This document shows positions 19,641 to 29,915 of a stretch of DNA of 47,034 nucleotides, one piece after another. The notes under the pieces were generated by a model. It saw nothing but the letters and a program-made list of their open reading frames with translations. It did no database searches and was not told the DNA's origin. Both the position numbers and the translations under genes were made by a program. Source of the stretch: Mycobacteriales bacterium. Its GTDB lineage: Bacteria; Actinomycetota; Actinomycetes; BP-191. The DNA is taken from contig JBKJZO010000167.1 of NCBI GenBank assembly GCA_046715235.1, positions 1-47,034 of the forward strand, written 5' to 3'. Positions within the stretch are counted from its first letter, which is position 1; each line of letters opens with the position of its first letter.

Positions 19641-19738
19641 GCTTCTCGGGGTTGCGCACGATGCGTACGCCGACGACCTGGCCACCGAGCAGGTCCAGCG
19701 CCATCACCGCGCTCGGTACGCCGTGTTCCGCCGCTCAC
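19624..19738 (-). pseudogene. Internally deleted ECF41/SigJ-type sigma factor remnant
   Basis: GTG at 19738 joined out of frame to AAEHGVPSAVMALDLLGGQVVGVRIVRNPEKLTRVP-stop; NP(D/E)KL is the ECF41 C-terminal signature. Confidence 0.78.
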
Positions 19739-19747
19739 GTCCCCTCC

Positions 19748-19774
19748 GACGACGCAGACTTGTGATCTGTGACA
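19748..19774 (-). promoter_or_regulatory. ECF41-type promoter TGTCACA-N16-CGTC facing the sigma remnant
   Basis: Minus strand reads TGTCACA gatcacaagtctgcgt CGTC, ending 9 nt before the GTG. Confidence 0.75.
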
Positions 19775-19786
19775 CGCAGGCCCCAA

Positions 19787-19813
19787 TGTCACAGGCGCAG
19801 CGGCTGTCTCGTC
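19787..19813 (+). promoter_or_regulatory. ECF41-type promoter TGTCACA-N16-CGTC facing the membrane protein/epimerase operon
   Basis: TGTCACA ggcgcagcggctgtct CGTC. Confidence 0.8.
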
Positions 19814-19853
19814 ATCCCAGTGCAACAGCTGGCGGCGAGCAAAACGAGAGCAG

Positions 19854-20237
19854 GTGAACCGCGTGAAGCGTGTCCCCGCAATGACCGCGTACGCCGGCGG
19901 CGCGTTCCTCGTCATCAGCGGCCTGTGGGCGATGCTCGCCCCGCAGTCGTTCTACGATGCGGTCGCGACGTACCCGCCGTACAACAGGCATCTGATCCAC
20001 GACATCGGCGCGTTCATGACCGGCCTCGGCGCCGCGCTATTCCTCGGCCTTCGCTTCCGGCGGGCGATCACCGTCGCGCTCATCGGGAACGCCGTCGCCG
20101 CCGTCCTGCACGAGATCTCGCACATCGTCGACCGCGACCTGGGCGGCAAGAGCAGTGACCCCTTCACCATCGGCCTCATCGCCGTCGTGTTCGTCGTCGC
20201 AGCCGTATTGGCCACACGAGAGGACCAGGCGCCATGA
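19854..20237 (+). CDS. Small multi-pass membrane protein
   Basis: Four hydrophobic segments, PYNRHLIHDIGAF; ATGA coupling to next gene; start uncertain. Confidence 0.75.
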   Translation: MNRVKRVPAMTAYAGGAFLVISGLWAMLAPQSFYDAVATYPPYNRHLIHDIGAFMTGLGAALFLGLRFRRAITVALIGNAVAAVLHEISHIVDRDLGGKSSDPFTIGLIAVVFVVAAVLATREDQAP

Positions 20238-21112
20238 AAGTTCTTGTCGCCGGAGCACGCAGTGCGCTCGGCAGCCGCGCGGCAAAGCTGCTGACAGCCG
20301 ACGGTCACGAGGTCATCGGTCTGATCCGTTCCCAGGCCGGCCCCGGTTTCGTGACGGCCGACGTACTCGACCGCGACGCGGTGCGGCGAGTGGTCGAGCA
20401 GGCGCGCCCCGACGCGATCGTGCAGACGCTCAACGCGCTTCCGAAGAACGGGCCGAGCAAGTACGCCGACCTCGAGGCCACCGAGCGACTGCGCGATGAG
20501 GGCACCCGCAACCTGATTGCCGCAGCCCAAGCCGCGAGTGTCACGCGATACGTCGCCGAGAACTTCTTCTACGTCTACGGCAAGACCGAGCCCGGATCGC
20601 CTGCGGTGACTGAGGATTCCCCCCTCACCGGCACGCCGGGGCAGATCTCCGAGGACGAGCAGGTCCGGGCCGCGGGTGGCGTGGTGCTGCGCTGCGGGCT
20701 CTTCTACGGACCCGGCGTCGGCTCCACCGACTACCTGATCGAGCTGGTACGCCGGCGCCGCGCCCCCGCAGCGCGCGGCGCGGCCAACAAGAGCGCGTTC
20801 CTGCACATCGATGACGCCGCAGCAGCGGTCAAGGCCGCGCTCGACAACGGCACGCCGGGCAACGCCTACAACATCTGCGACGACGAGCCCGCTGGCCCGC
20901 ACGACTGGGTAAGGGCGATCGCGAGCCACATCGGCGCGCCCCCGCCCCGCGAGCTCCCGCCGGCGCTCATTCGCGTAGCCGCGGGCAGATACATGCGCGA
21001 CGCGCTGACTGGCAACCTCACGATGTCCAACGCCAAGGCCCGGCAGCAGCTGGGCTGGGTGCCGGCCTACCCGTCGATCCGCGACGGCGTGAAGACCCTC
21101 GCGACAAGCTGA
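20234..21112 (+). CDS. NAD-dependent epimerase/dehydratase family protein
   Basis: [37 protein letters not shown]. Confidence 0.9.
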   Translation: MKVLVAGARSALGSRAAKLLTADGHEVIGLIRSQAGPGFVTADVLDRDAVRRVVEQARPDAIVQTLNALPKNGPSKYADLEATERLRDEGTRNLIAAAQAASVTRYVAENFFYVYGKTEPGSPAVTEDSPLTGTPGQISEDEQVRAAGGVVLRCGLFYGPGVGSTDYLIELVRRRRAPAARGAANKSAFLHIDDAAAAVKAALDNGTPGNAYNICDDEPAGPHDWVRAIASHIGAPPPRELPPALIRVAAGRYMRDALTGNLTMSNAKARQQLGWVPAYPSIRDGVKTLATS

Positions 21113-21140
21113 TGCCTACCCCGCCGGATATCCTCGGCGG

Positions 21141-22412
21141 GTGATCGACCTCAAGCTGGTTCGCGACAATCCCGACGCCGTACGCCGATCGCAGCGTGTT
21201 CGGGGCGAGGCCGAGTCGCTCGTCGACGAGCTGCTCGCGGCTGACACCCGGCGCCGCGAGGCGGTACTCGCGGGTGACCGGCTGCGGGCCGAGCAGAAGG
21301 CACGCGGCCGCGGAGTCGCGCAGTTGCAGGGCGCCGACCGCACCGCGCTGCTGGCGGAGCTCGGCGAGCTGGCCGATGCGGTGAAGAAGGCTGAGGCGGA
21401 GCAGAACGACGCCGACGCCGCCGTCCGCGATCTGCACCTGCGCATCGGAAACCTTGTGTCCGACGGCGTGCCGGAGGGCGGGGAGGACGACTACGTCGTC
21501 CTGCACGAAGTCGGCCAAAGACGGGCGTTCGACTTCCCGATCCGCGACCACATCGAGCTCGGCGAGTTGCTGAAGGCGATTGACACAGAGCGCGGCGCAA
21601 AAGTCTCGGGAGCGCGGTTCTACTTCCTCACCGGTGTCGGCGCTCTGCTGGAGCTGGCCCTGGTGCAGATGGCGATGGCGCAGGCAACTGCAGCGGGCTT
21701 CACACCCGTCATCGCGCCCGCCCTGGTGAAGCCGGAAGTCATGGAGGGCACCGGATTCCTCGGCGCACACTCCGCCGAGGTTTACCGGCTCGCCGACGAC
21801 GACATGTACCTCGTCGGCACCAGCGAAGTCTCACTCGCGGGCATGCATATGAACGAGATCCTCGACCTGGGCGGCGCACCCAGGCGCTACGCGGCGTTCT
21901 CGTCCTGCTTCCGACGCGAGGCCGGCTCCTACGGCAAGGACACCCGCGGCATCATCCGCGTGCACTGGTTCGACAAGGTCGAGATGTTCTCGTTCTGCCC
22001 TCCGGATCAGTCGACCCAGGAGCATGAGCGTCTGCTGGCCTGGGAGGAGCGCTTCCTGCAGGACCTCGAGTTGCCGTATCGCGTCATCGACGTGGCGAGC
22101 GGCGATCTCGGTTCGTCGGCAACTCGCAAGTTCGACTGCGAGGCATGGCTGCCGAGCCAGGAGCGTTTCCTCGAGCTGACGTCGACGTCCAACTGCACCG
22201 ACTTTCAAGCCCGCCGCCTCGGCATTCGTTATCGCGGCGACGACGGCAAGCCGGCGCCGGTGCACACCCTCAACGGCACGCTGGTCGCCGTACCGCGCGT
22301 CATCGTCGCGTTGCTCGAGAACAACCAGCAGCCGGACGGATCCGTCGTGGTGCCCGCAGCCCTTCGTCCCTACCTCGGCGGCAGAGAGTTGCTGGAGCCC
22401 GCTTCGAAGTGA
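21141..22412 (+). CDS. serS: Serine--tRNA ligase
   Basis: [56 protein letters not shown]. Confidence 0.97.
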   Translation: MIDLKLVRDNPDAVRRSQRVRGEAESLVDELLAADTRRREAVLAGDRLRAEQKARGRGVAQLQGADRTALLAELGELADAVKKAEAEQNDADAAVRDLHLRIGNLVSDGVPEGGEDDYVVLHEVGQRRAFDFPIRDHIELGELLKAIDTERGAKVSGARFYFLTGVGALLELALVQMAMAQATAAGFTPVIAPALVKPEVMEGTGFLGAHSAEVYRLADDDMYLVGTSEVSLAGMHMNEILDLGGAPRRYAAFSSCFRREAGSYGKDTRGIIRVHWFDKVEMFSFCPPDQSTQEHERLLAWEERFLQDLELPYRVIDVASGDLGSSATRKFDCEAWLPSQERFLELTSTSNCTDFQARRLGIRYRGDDGKPAPVHTLNGTLVAVPRVIVALLENNQQPDGSVVVPAALRPYLGGRELLEPASK

Positions 22413-23215
22413 CTCGGATCAAGCTGATCGCGACCGACATGGACGGCACGCTGCTGCGCAAGGGCGGCGTGGTCTCGCGACGCAACAAGGAGGCGTTGCG
22501 GGCCGCTCGCGACGCCGGCATCGAGGTCGTCCTCGTAACCGGCCGCCCGCCGCGGTGGGTCGACGAGACCGCGCGCGAGCTCGGGCTCGACGGAGTCGCG
22601 ATCTGCGCCAACGGCGCGATCCTCTACGACCTGGCGACCCGGCAAGTGCTGGCCGAGAACCTGTTGCCGGCTGACGTACTGCGCCGCTTCGTCGGAGCGC
22701 TGCGCGAAGTGCTGCCGGGCGTGGGATTTGGTTTCGAACGCAACGACGGCCTCGTGCTCGAACCGCACTTCCACTCGTTGTACGACGACGAGGAGGACGG
22801 CGTGCTCCGCCAGGCCGGCGACGCGTTGCTCGAGGCGCCGGTCGCCAAGCTGCTCGCCAGCCACCCCGATGTCGACTTCGAGAAGTTCCTCGTCGCGGCG
22901 GTCGAAGCTGCCGGCACCGATGCTGTCGTCACCCACTCAGGCGAGCACGGCCTGGTCGAGGTCAGCGCGACCGGCATCACCAAGGCGTTCGCCCTCGAAG
23001 CACTGTGCGCGGAGCGCGGCATCTCGGCCGACGAGGTCGTCGCGTTCGGCGACATGCCCAACGACGTCATGCTGCTGCACTGGGCCGGCCTGGGCGTCGC
23101 GGTCGAAAACGCTCATCCGGACGCGATCGACGCGGCCGACGAAGTGACCAAGAGCAACAACGAGGACGGCGTCGCGATCGTCGTGGAGCGGCTTTTGGCC
23201 CAGCGTTCGGCGTAG
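22409..23215 (+). CDS. Cof-type HAD-IIB hydrolase
   Basis: [23 protein letters not shown]; GTGA overlap with serS. Confidence 0.92.
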   Translation: MTRIKLIATDMDGTLLRKGGVVSRRNKEALRAARDAGIEVVLVTGRPPRWVDETARELGLDGVAICANGAILYDLATRQVLAENLLPADVLRRFVGALREVLPGVGFGFERNDGLVLEPHFHSLYDDEEDGVLRQAGDALLEAPVAKLLASHPDVDFEKFLVAAVEAAGTDAVVTHSGEHGLVEVSATGITKAFALEALCAERGISADEVVAFGDMPNDVMLLHWAGLGVAVENAHPDAIDAADEVTKSNNEDGVAIVVERLLAQRSA

Positions 23216-23255
23216 GCGCCCAGTTTTGTCACACCCCGTCGCCAGACTGTCCGGC

Positions 23256-24437
23256 ATGGATCAGATAGCGCTCATCGTCATCGCCATGTCGTTCGGTGCC
23301 TTCGTCGCGGCCGCGCTCCTGCGGAGCCGGCGACGTCTCGACGCGGCACTGGCCTACGTCTCCACGGAGGCGCTGGCGCGCAACAGCGAGCAGTTCATGC
23401 GCCTCGCGACCAGCGAGCTCGACAACCGGCGCCAGGCCGTCGATCACCTCGTGTCACCGCTGCGTGAGTCGTTGGCAAATATGGAGGCGCAGCTGCGCGG
23501 TCTGGAGACCGCGCGCACGTCGGCCTACTCCGCGCTGACCGAGCAGGTGCGCTCACTGGGCGAGACGCAGGAGCGCCTTCGTGACTCCACACGCAGTCTC
23601 GCCGACGCCCTGCGGGCACCCAATGTTCGCGGCCGGTGGGGCGAGATGCAGCTGCGCCGGGTGGTCGAGCTGGCCGGCATGGTCGAGCACTGCGACTTCG
23701 TGGAGCAGGCGACGTCGAGCTCTCCTGACGGCGTACTTCGGCCCGATCTGGTCGTCCGGCTGCCCGGCGGCCGCAGCGTCGTCGTCGACTCGAAGGTGCC
23801 GCTGGCTGCCTACCTTGACGCCGCGGAATCCGACGACGACGGCGTACGCCGGGAGCGGTTGCGCGAGCATGCCCGGCGGCTCAAGGCGCATGTCGACGCG
23901 TTGGGCGCCAAGGCCTATTGGCAGCGGTTCGAGCCCTCACCCGACTACGTCGTCCTCTTCGTGCCCGGTGAGGCGTTCCTTGCCGGTGCCCTCGATCACG
24001 ACGCCGGGTTGCTTGAGTACGCCGTCGGCAAGGGCGTCGTCCTGTCGAGCCCGACCTCGCTGATCATGCTGCTCAAGGCGGTGGCGCTCGGATGGCGCGA
24101 GGAAGCGCTGGCCGCCAACGCCAAGCAGGTGTGCGAGGTTGGCAAGGAGCTCTATCTGCGGCTGTCGACGCTGGGTGGGCACATCGCGGGAGTCGGCCAG
24201 CAGCTCGACAAGGCAGTCGAGTCCTACAACAAGGCGGTGGGTTCGCTCGAGGGGCGGGTCTTGGTCACCGCGCGCAAGCTGCGCGACCTGCACGTCACCG
24301 ACACGGAGCTGACGGCGCCGGAGGTCGTCGACCGCAGGGCGAGAGCGGTACAGGCACCGGAGCTCGTTCTCCAGGAGTTGCTCCCGGGGGAGGTGTTGCC
24401 GAGCCGGGCGGAGCTCGAACTGGCGGCGTCGGCGTAG
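23256..24437 (+). CDS. rmuC: DNA recombination protein RmuC
   Basis: TM anchor, coiled coil, RGRWGEMQL, RPDLVVRLP, VDSKVPL, FVPGE, SPTSL. Confidence 0.92.
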   Translation: MDQIALIVIAMSFGAFVAAALLRSRRRLDAALAYVSTEALARNSEQFMRLATSELDNRRQAVDHLVSPLRESLANMEAQLRGLETARTSAYSALTEQVRSLGETQERLRDSTRSLADALRAPNVRGRWGEMQLRRVVELAGMVEHCDFVEQATSSSPDGVLRPDLVVRLPGGRSVVVDSKVPLAAYLDAAESDDDGVRRERLREHARRLKAHVDALGAKAYWQRFEPSPDYVVLFVPGEAFLAGALDHDAGLLEYAVGKGVVLSSPTSLIMLLKAVALGWREEALAANAKQVCEVGKELYLRLSTLGGHIAGVGQQLDKAVESYNKAVGSLEGRVLVTARKLRDLHVTDTELTAPEVVDRRARAVQAPELVLQELLPGEVLPSRAELELAASA

Positions 24438-24494
24438 CGCGCGGCTGGGCTAGAGCCTGTCGAACAACTGCGCTCGGTCTTGTCGGCGGAGGCT

Positions 24495-25007
24495 TTAGAG
24501 GTAGGGGCCGCCGCTGTTGGGAGTCGCCTCCGGGCCTTGCCCTCCGGCGCCTGGCGGGAGTGCCCGGCGCGACAGCTCTTCGAGCTGAGCCCGCGCCGCC
24601 ATCTGCTGCGCGGCGAGAGCGGTCTGCAGGCCGTGGAAGAGCCCGTCGAGCCAGCCGACCAGCTGCGCGTGCGCGATCCGCAGCTCCGAGTCAGTGGGCG
24701 TGCCGCCCTGGAACGGCAGCGTGAGCCGGGCGAGTTCCTCGCGCAGATCTGGCGAGAGCCCCTCTGACAGCTCGGCGATTGACGCCTCGTGTATCTCCTT
24801 GAGCCGGTTACGACTCAGATCGTCGAGCGGCGCCGCCCGGACTTCCTCGAGCAGCTGCTTGATCATCATGCCGATCCTGATCACCTTGGCGGGGTGTTCG
24901 ATCAAGTCATTCACGCCCGTTTCGGGGCTCTGCTCCGTCTGTGTGTCAGCCGGCTCGGGGCGCTCTGGCGCTAGGTCGATGATCGGCACGCTCGGGTCCT
25001 GGGTCAT
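24495..25007 (-). CDS. bpa: Bacterial proteasome activator Bpa/PafE
   Basis: PAKVIRIGMMIKQLLEEVRAAPLD, ELRIAHAQLVGWLDGLFHG, C-terminal GPYL. Confidence 0.92.
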   Translation of the reverse strand: MTQDPSVPIIDLAPERPEPADTQTEQSPETGVNDLIEHPAKVIRIGMMIKQLLEEVRAAPLDDLSRNRLKEIHEASIAELSEGLSPDLREELARLTLPFQGGTPTDSELRIAHAQLVGWLDGLFHGLQTALAAQQMAARAQLEELSRRALPPGAGGQGPEATPNSGGPYL

Positions 25008-25163
25008 GGGGCATTGTCATGCACCGGACCCGTGCCGGCGAAACCCGAATCTGCGCGAATCGTGTGACGATGAACCAGCGGGTGTGAGCGCAGCGCCGAC
25101 CGGGCACTCCCCGGTGTAGTGCGGCACTGCGCGCCGCGAGCCCGCGAGTGGAGGTACCCGAAA

Positions 25164-25658
25164 ATGCCGCAAGCACTCCATTGCATCGTCGCGTGCACAG
25201 ACTCCAGCGGCCGGTACGCCGCCGTGCGCGACTTCGCGACCGAACAGGCTCGCGAGTCGGGCGCCCGCGTCATCTTGTACGACATTTCGCAACGCAGCGA
25301 GATGACCGACGCACGCCCCAACTTCTGGGCTGGTGAGGGTGAAGCGGAGCTCTACGACAGGCCTCTCGAGCCCATCGCCATCGAGAAGCTCGGCTACCAC
25401 AACCTCGCAGTGCAGGTGCAGGAGGCGCGAGCGGCTGGCGCCGACGCTTACGGGTGGCTCCCCAACGAGCCCGGCGGCCAAGGACTCGCGGCGTACGCCG
25501 AACGCGAGGACGCGGACATCGTTCTGATGCCGGCCGGCGAGCAGGACACCGGCAAGTACATCGACGAATGGCACCGCGCGGAGCGGCGCGACGCCGTGCA
25601 CCCCAGGGCAAAGGTTCGCCTGGTCGACGCCGAGAAGCACCTGGTGCCGCTCACGTAA
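25164..25658 (+). CDS. Universal-stress-protein-like protein
   Basis: CIVACTD, ARESGARVILYD, LAAYAEREDADIVLMP; RBS ggagg. Confidence 0.6.
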   Translation: MPQALHCIVACTDSSGRYAAVRDFATEQARESGARVILYDISQRSEMTDARPNFWAGEGEAELYDRPLEPIAIEKLGYHNLAVQVQEARAAGADAYGWLPNEPGGQGLAAYAEREDADIVLMPAGEQDTGKYIDEWHRAERRDAVHPRAKVRLVDAEKHLVPLT

Positions 25659-25732
25659 GCGTTCCGAGGCGGCGCGCGGCTGGGTCCTGATCTCTTCCCC
25701 CCGCGAGTCCCGGCGTCAGCTATCGTTCCGGT

Positions 25733-26191
25733 ATGTCGGGTCCGGAGGCGGTAGACGGGGATCGCGTGGCCATTACGTTGCCCGCCGCCGGCACGTCTCC
25801 CCGAGAGTCCAGGCGTTTCGTATCCAAGCAACTCGACCTGTGGGGTCTCCAACAGTGCGCTGATTCCGTGGTCTTGCTGGTCAGCGAACTCGTAACCAAC
25901 GCGTTGCTGCATGCGCGCACGGACATGACTGTGTCCATGGCCCGCGGCGCCGATTCGACCATCCTGCTCGAGGTGACTGACGGCAGCCCGGCGCTGCCGG
26001 CGCAGCGTCGCTACAGCGAGTACGCCGGAACCGGCCGTGGACTCAACATGGTCGCCACGATGTCCGCCCGCTGGGGCGTCCGGGCGGAAGGACGCGGCAA
26101 GACGGTTTGGGTCATCGTCAGCTACAACGGTCATCACCACGGTGACGACCCGCTGGGTTTTTACGACCTCGGATCGGTGGACGCGCTGTGA
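25733..26191 (+). CDS. RsbW-like anti-sigma/ATP-binding protein (HATPase_c)
   Basis: LVSELVTNALLHA, LEVTDG, GRGLNMV, RWGV, GKTVW. Confidence 0.9.
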   Translation: MSGPEAVDGDRVAITLPAAGTSPRESRRFVSKQLDLWGLQQCADSVVLLVSELVTNALLHARTDMTVSMARGADSTILLEVTDGSPALPAQRRYSEYAGTGRGLNMVATMSARWGVRAEGRGKTVWVIVSYNGHHHGDDPLGFYDLGSVDAL

Positions 26192-26216
26192 CCGCGAACC
26201 GCCCTCGCGAGGACGC

Positions 26217-28016
26217 ATGAGCGACGCGCTCTTCGAGCGCCAAGACGACCTTGAGGCTGTAGTCCGGCTGGCCATCGGCATCAACTCCGGTTTTGACCTC
26301 GACCACGTCGTGCAAGCGACCTGCGACGCGGCGACTGCGCTCTCAGACGCGCAGTTCGGCGCGTTCTTCTTCGACGCCGTCGACGAGAAGGGCGAGTCGC
26401 CGAGGCTGTTCACGGTCTCCGGCATTCCGCGAGAGCGATTCGCATCGCTCGGAATGCCAGGCAAGTCGAGGCTGCTCGGGCCGACGTTCGACGGCGTAGC
26501 CACGATTCGCCTCGACGACGTCACTGCTGACCCGCGCTTCGGCCGCAACGCGCCGTACCTGGGATTTCCACCGGGTCACCCGCCGATGCGGTCCTATCTC
26601 GCGGTGCCCGTGTCCGGCCGCTGGCGAGCCCTGACCGGCGCCCTGCTGTTGGGTCACGAGCGCCCGGGCATGTTCACCGAGCGACACGAGCGGCTGGTCC
26701 TCGTGATCGCCGCGCATGCAGCCGTCGCCATCGACAACGCGAAGGTCTTCGCGACCGAGCGGCGTGCCCGCGCAGAAGCGGAAGAAGCGGCCGGGCGACT
26801 GGAGCGGCTACAGAGCATCACCGCGCGGTTGTCGCAGGCGCGCAGTCTCGAGGAGGTCGCCGAAGTCGTGGTGACGACGGCCGCGGCAGGGGTTTCCGCC
26901 GACCGCGCGACACTCGCTCATCTCTCGGCCGACGGGCGTCGGCTGCGGGTGCTGAGCGCGGTCGGCTACGAGGACGATGTGATCGGCCGGTTCACCGACA
27001 TGTCGCTCGACGACGAGGTGCCGGCCGCGGAGGCGGTGCGAACGGGAAACCCGGTGTCCTGGGCCTCACCCGCGGAGCGCGCGGAACGCTGGCCTGCGCT
27101 GGCGAGCATGCCGGGTCGGGGGATTGCCGGCATCGCCGTACCGCTGCTCGGCATAAATCGCACTGTCGGCGTCGCAGGCTTCGCCTGGCATACGCCGCAG
27201 CGGTTCTCCGACGATGAGCTCGCGTTTCTCTCTGTCGTCGCGAGGCAGTCGGCGCAGGCCATCGAGCGCGCTCAGCAGTTCGACGGGTCGATCAAAGCGG
27301 CGCGGACTCTGCAGCGCAGCCTGCTCCCGCCCTCGATTCCAGTCATCGAAGGACTGACCATCGCGGCGCGCTATCAGCCGGTCGCGGGCGGGTCGGTCGT
27401 CGGCGGCGACTTCTACGACGCGTTCCGGCGTACGCCGTACTCGTGGGGCATCGTCATCGGCGACGTCTCGGGCAAGGGCGTGCAGGCCGCAACCCTGACG
27501 TCGCTGGTGCGGCACACCGTGCGCGCCCTCGGGCGGCTGATCAGCAGCCCTGTCGACGTCCTCTGCCAACTCAACGACGCCATCCTGGCCGAGGAGCTCG
27601 ACGACCGCTTCGCCACCGTCGTTTACCTGGTCGCAGAGCCAGGTGCGTGCGGCATCGACCTGCAGTTCGCCGTCGGCGGTCACCCGCTCCCGCTGCACCG
27701 CACCCGAGATGGGCAGGTGCGGGCGGTCGGTACGCCGGGCGACGTCGTAGGGCTGTTGCCGCAGCCGGAGCTGACTGTCGATCGGTTGACGCTCGAAGTC
27801 GGCGACATGCTGGTGCTCTACACCGACGGTTTCGTCGAGGGGCGCGCGCCGGACGGGTCATTCGCTGACGGGATGCTTGAGGAGGCGGTAGCAGCCAGCG
27901 ATGCGCAGACCGCCGACGCTCTCGCCGACGAGCTCACGACGCTCATGATCGAGTTCCAGGACGGGCGGCCGCGCGACGACATGGCCCTGATGGTGCTGCA
28001 GGCGACTCCACATTGA
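26217..28016 (+). CDS. GAF-GAF-SpoIIE (PP2C) phosphatase
   Basis: Two GAF domains, LQRSLLP, VGGDFYD, IGDVSGKG, LYTDGFVE, RDDMAL. Confidence 0.92.
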   Translation: MSDALFERQDDLEAVVRLAIGINSGFDLDHVVQATCDAATALSDAQFGAFFFDAVDEKGESPRLFTVSGIPRERFASLGMPGKSRLLGPTFDGVATIRLDDVTADPRFGRNAPYLGFPPGHPPMRSYLAVPVSGRWRALTGALLLGHERPGMFTERHERLVLVIAAHAAVAIDNAKVFATERRARAEAEEAAGRLERLQSITARLSQARSLEEVAEVVVTTAAAGVSADRATLAHLSADGRRLRVLSAVGYEDDVIGRFTDMSLDDEVPAAEAVRTGNPVSWASPAERAERWPALASMPGRGIAGIAVPLLGINRTVGVAGFAWHTPQRFSDDELAFLSVVARQSAQAIERAQQFDGSIKAARTLQRSLLPPSIPVIEGLTIAARYQPVAGGSVVGGDFYDAFRRTPYSWGIVIGDVSGKGVQAATLTSLVRHTVRALGRLISSPVDVLCQLNDAILAEELDDRFATVVYLVAEPGACGIDLQFAVGGHPLPLHRTRDGQVRAVGTPGDVVGLLPQPELTVDRLTLEVGDMLVLYTDGFVEGRAPDGSFADGMLEEAVAASDAQTADALADELTTLMIEFQDGRPRDDMALMVLQATPH

Positions 28017-28046
28017 CCTGACGACGCCGTACGTCGGCTCGCCGGG

Positions 28047-28577
28047 TTAGTCGCTCCGCTCGCCAGTGACGTCCCAGCGGTGGTGGATCGGGTCGTGCAG
28101 CAGGTAGCGAGCGAACGACGTGATCGTGAAGTGCGCGCCGTCGCTGCGCCGGCCCGGGCGCTCCCACTGGTCGTCGCCGACGCTCTCGAAGCTCGTGGCG
28201 ATCGTCTCGGCGGCCGCACTCAGCTCGGCCGCGACCTGCGCCGGATTTTGCTCGTCGTACCGTTCCTCGACCGCGGTCGCGTCCTGATCCCAGTTGGCGA
28301 AGAGCGGATCGTCCTCGGTGAGCATCCGTTGCAGCCGGCCGTCGAAGATCCTGAACACGTCGCGAACGTGACACGAGTATTCGAGGGGCGACCACACCGT
28401 CGGCGACGGGCGATTGCGAACGTCCGTGCCGCCGAGTACGTCGACGAACCTCTCGGCGACCTCACGCAACCTCTGCGCCACCTCTCGGGGGTCGACGGTG
28501 CTCGCGTCGAGGCCGCAGTCGTCGCACTTCTTCTCCAGGACCCAGGTCCAGTCCTTGCTTTCCGGGGTGATGGTCAT
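28047..28577 (-). CDS. DinB family protein
   Basis: WSPLEYSCHVRDV, LHDPIHHRWD; N-terminal CxxC. Confidence 0.85.
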   Translation of the reverse strand: MTITPESKDWTWVLEKKCDDCGLDASTVDPREVAQRLREVAERFVDVLGGTDVRNRPSPTVWSPLEYSCHVRDVFRIFDGRLQRMLTEDDPLFANWDQDATAVEERYDEQNPAQVAAELSAAAETIATSFESVGDDQWERPGRRSDGAHFTITSFARYLLHDPIHHRWDVTGERSD

Positions 28578-28707
28578 GCGCGGACCCTACGGGGCGCATC
28601 CGCGACCGTCGCCTCGATTTCCGGGCAAGCTGCGCGATGTGGCTTCGTCGATCGGCGCGGGAGTTCGACAGAGCACGTGAACTGGGTGCAGTAGCCTTCG
28701 AACGCTT

Positions 28708-28794
28708 GGAGGGCTCGCCTAGAGGCCGATGGCGGCGGTCTTGAAAACCGCTAGGGGTGCAAGCTCCTCGAGAGTTCGAATCTCTCGCCCTCCG
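28708..28794 (+). tRNA. tRNA-Ser (anticodon UGA), CCA not encoded
   Basis: Acceptor GGAGGGC/GCCCTCC, anticodon arm GCGGT-CTTGAAA-ACCGC, long variable arm, GTTCGAATC. Confidence 0.95.
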
Positions 28795-28799
28795 CTGAG

Positions 28800-29855
28800 T
28801 CAGATCGCGCGAGCCAGGTGATCGGCTACGACCCGACCAAGTGGCGGCGGAACGGAGTTGCCGAGTTGCGACTGAACGGATGACCGAGATCCGACGAAGG
28901 CGAAATCGTCGGGGAACCCGAAGAGTCGCCGGAGTTCAGGGACGCGGAGACGCCTGTTGTCCCAGTGGAAAGGCCCTACGTAGGGCCCTGGCTGCGCCTG
29001 GATCGTCGGGGACGGTCGGGACGGGTCAAGTTTGAGGAGAAACGACCAGTACCGACTCCGCCACTCGAATAGCGGATTCGGGTGACCACGTTTGGCCGTG
29101 TAGTGGAGGTAGTTCGAGCCGGGTGGGATTTCTGCCAGCAAGTGGCCGTACCGACCACCAACCCCTTCCTCCGCCTCTATTGGCGCGTCAAGATCCGCGA
29201 GTGCTTGACCCGCCGAAACGTGCGCCGTCGCTTCGTGACCGATGTGCCGTCGCTCCCAACGGCCACCGTGAGAGGCCGAAGGCAGCTCGGGAAGTGGCTC
29301 GCCCTTAGGAACGCCAATCATCACCAGCCGGGGACGTGCCTGGGGTACTCCGAAGTCTGCGGCGTTCAATACCGCCCAGCGGCTTTTGTAGCCGGCCTCA
29401 TGGACCTCGCGGAGGAGTCGCTCGAACGCCGGTCGGCTCTGCAAGTTGTTGTACGTGAGCGCGTACACGTTCTCGAGGAGGAATCCAGCAGGTTTGGCTT
29501 GCGCAAGAACGCGGGTGTACTCCTGCAACAGACTTGCCTTTGGGTCCTTGCCCGCGCGCTTCCAGTCAAGCCAGAAGCCAGACTTCGAAAACGGCGTGCA
29601 GGGAGGCCCTCCGATCAGCAAGCGAGGGCGCTCCCGCCCCTTGAAGCCGCCGCGTCGCAGCAGTTCTTTCGTTGTGACGGACAGGATGTCGTCCCGCACA
29701 ACGGGGGCCGCCATGTGAGGGAAGTTCTTCTCCATGGTGTCGGCAGCGTCGGCGTTGATCTCTACGGCAACGGCCACAGTGAAACCGGCTTGCTCAACAC
29801 CGAGATCGAGCCCGCCGGCACCGGCGAAGAGGGAGATCGTGTCGCCGTTAGCCAT
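28800..29855 (-). CDS. C5 cytosine DNA methyltransferase (M.SacI-like)
   Basis: Motifs I FAGAGG, IV GGPPC, VI ENV, VIII QARPR, IX RRLRVPELRRLFGFP, X GNSVPP. Confidence 0.95.
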   Translation of the reverse strand: MANGDTISLFAGAGGLDLGVEQAGFTVAVAVEINADAADTMEKNFPHMAAPVVRDDILSVTTKELLRRGGFKGRERPRLLIGGPPCTPFSKSGFWLDWKRAGKDPKASLLQEYTRVLAQAKPAGFLLENVYALTYNNLQSRPAFERLLREVHEAGYKSRWAVLNAADFGVPQARPRLVMIGVPKGEPLPELPSASHGGRWERRHIGHEATAHVSAGQALADLDAPIEAEEGVGGRYGHLLAEIPPGSNYLHYTAKRGHPNPLFEWRSRYWSFLLKLDPSRPSPTIQAQPGPYVGPFHWDNRRLRVPELRRLFGFPDDFAFVGSRSSVQSQLGNSVPPPLGRVVADHLARAI

Positions 29856-29915
29856 GTCCCAGAGAATGCCACCGCGGTCCGACGGAACGTGGTTGCCACG
29901 TCGGCGATCTGTGGA

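Noticed and set aside
24495-24510. Bpa C-terminus GPYL instead of GQYL
   Set aside because: Penultimate Tyr and terminal Leu are retained; likely ordinary variation
28708-28794. Possible selenocysteine or suppressor tRNA
   Set aside because: Anticodon is UGA (reads UCA, Ser), not UCA; normal 7-bp acceptor stem
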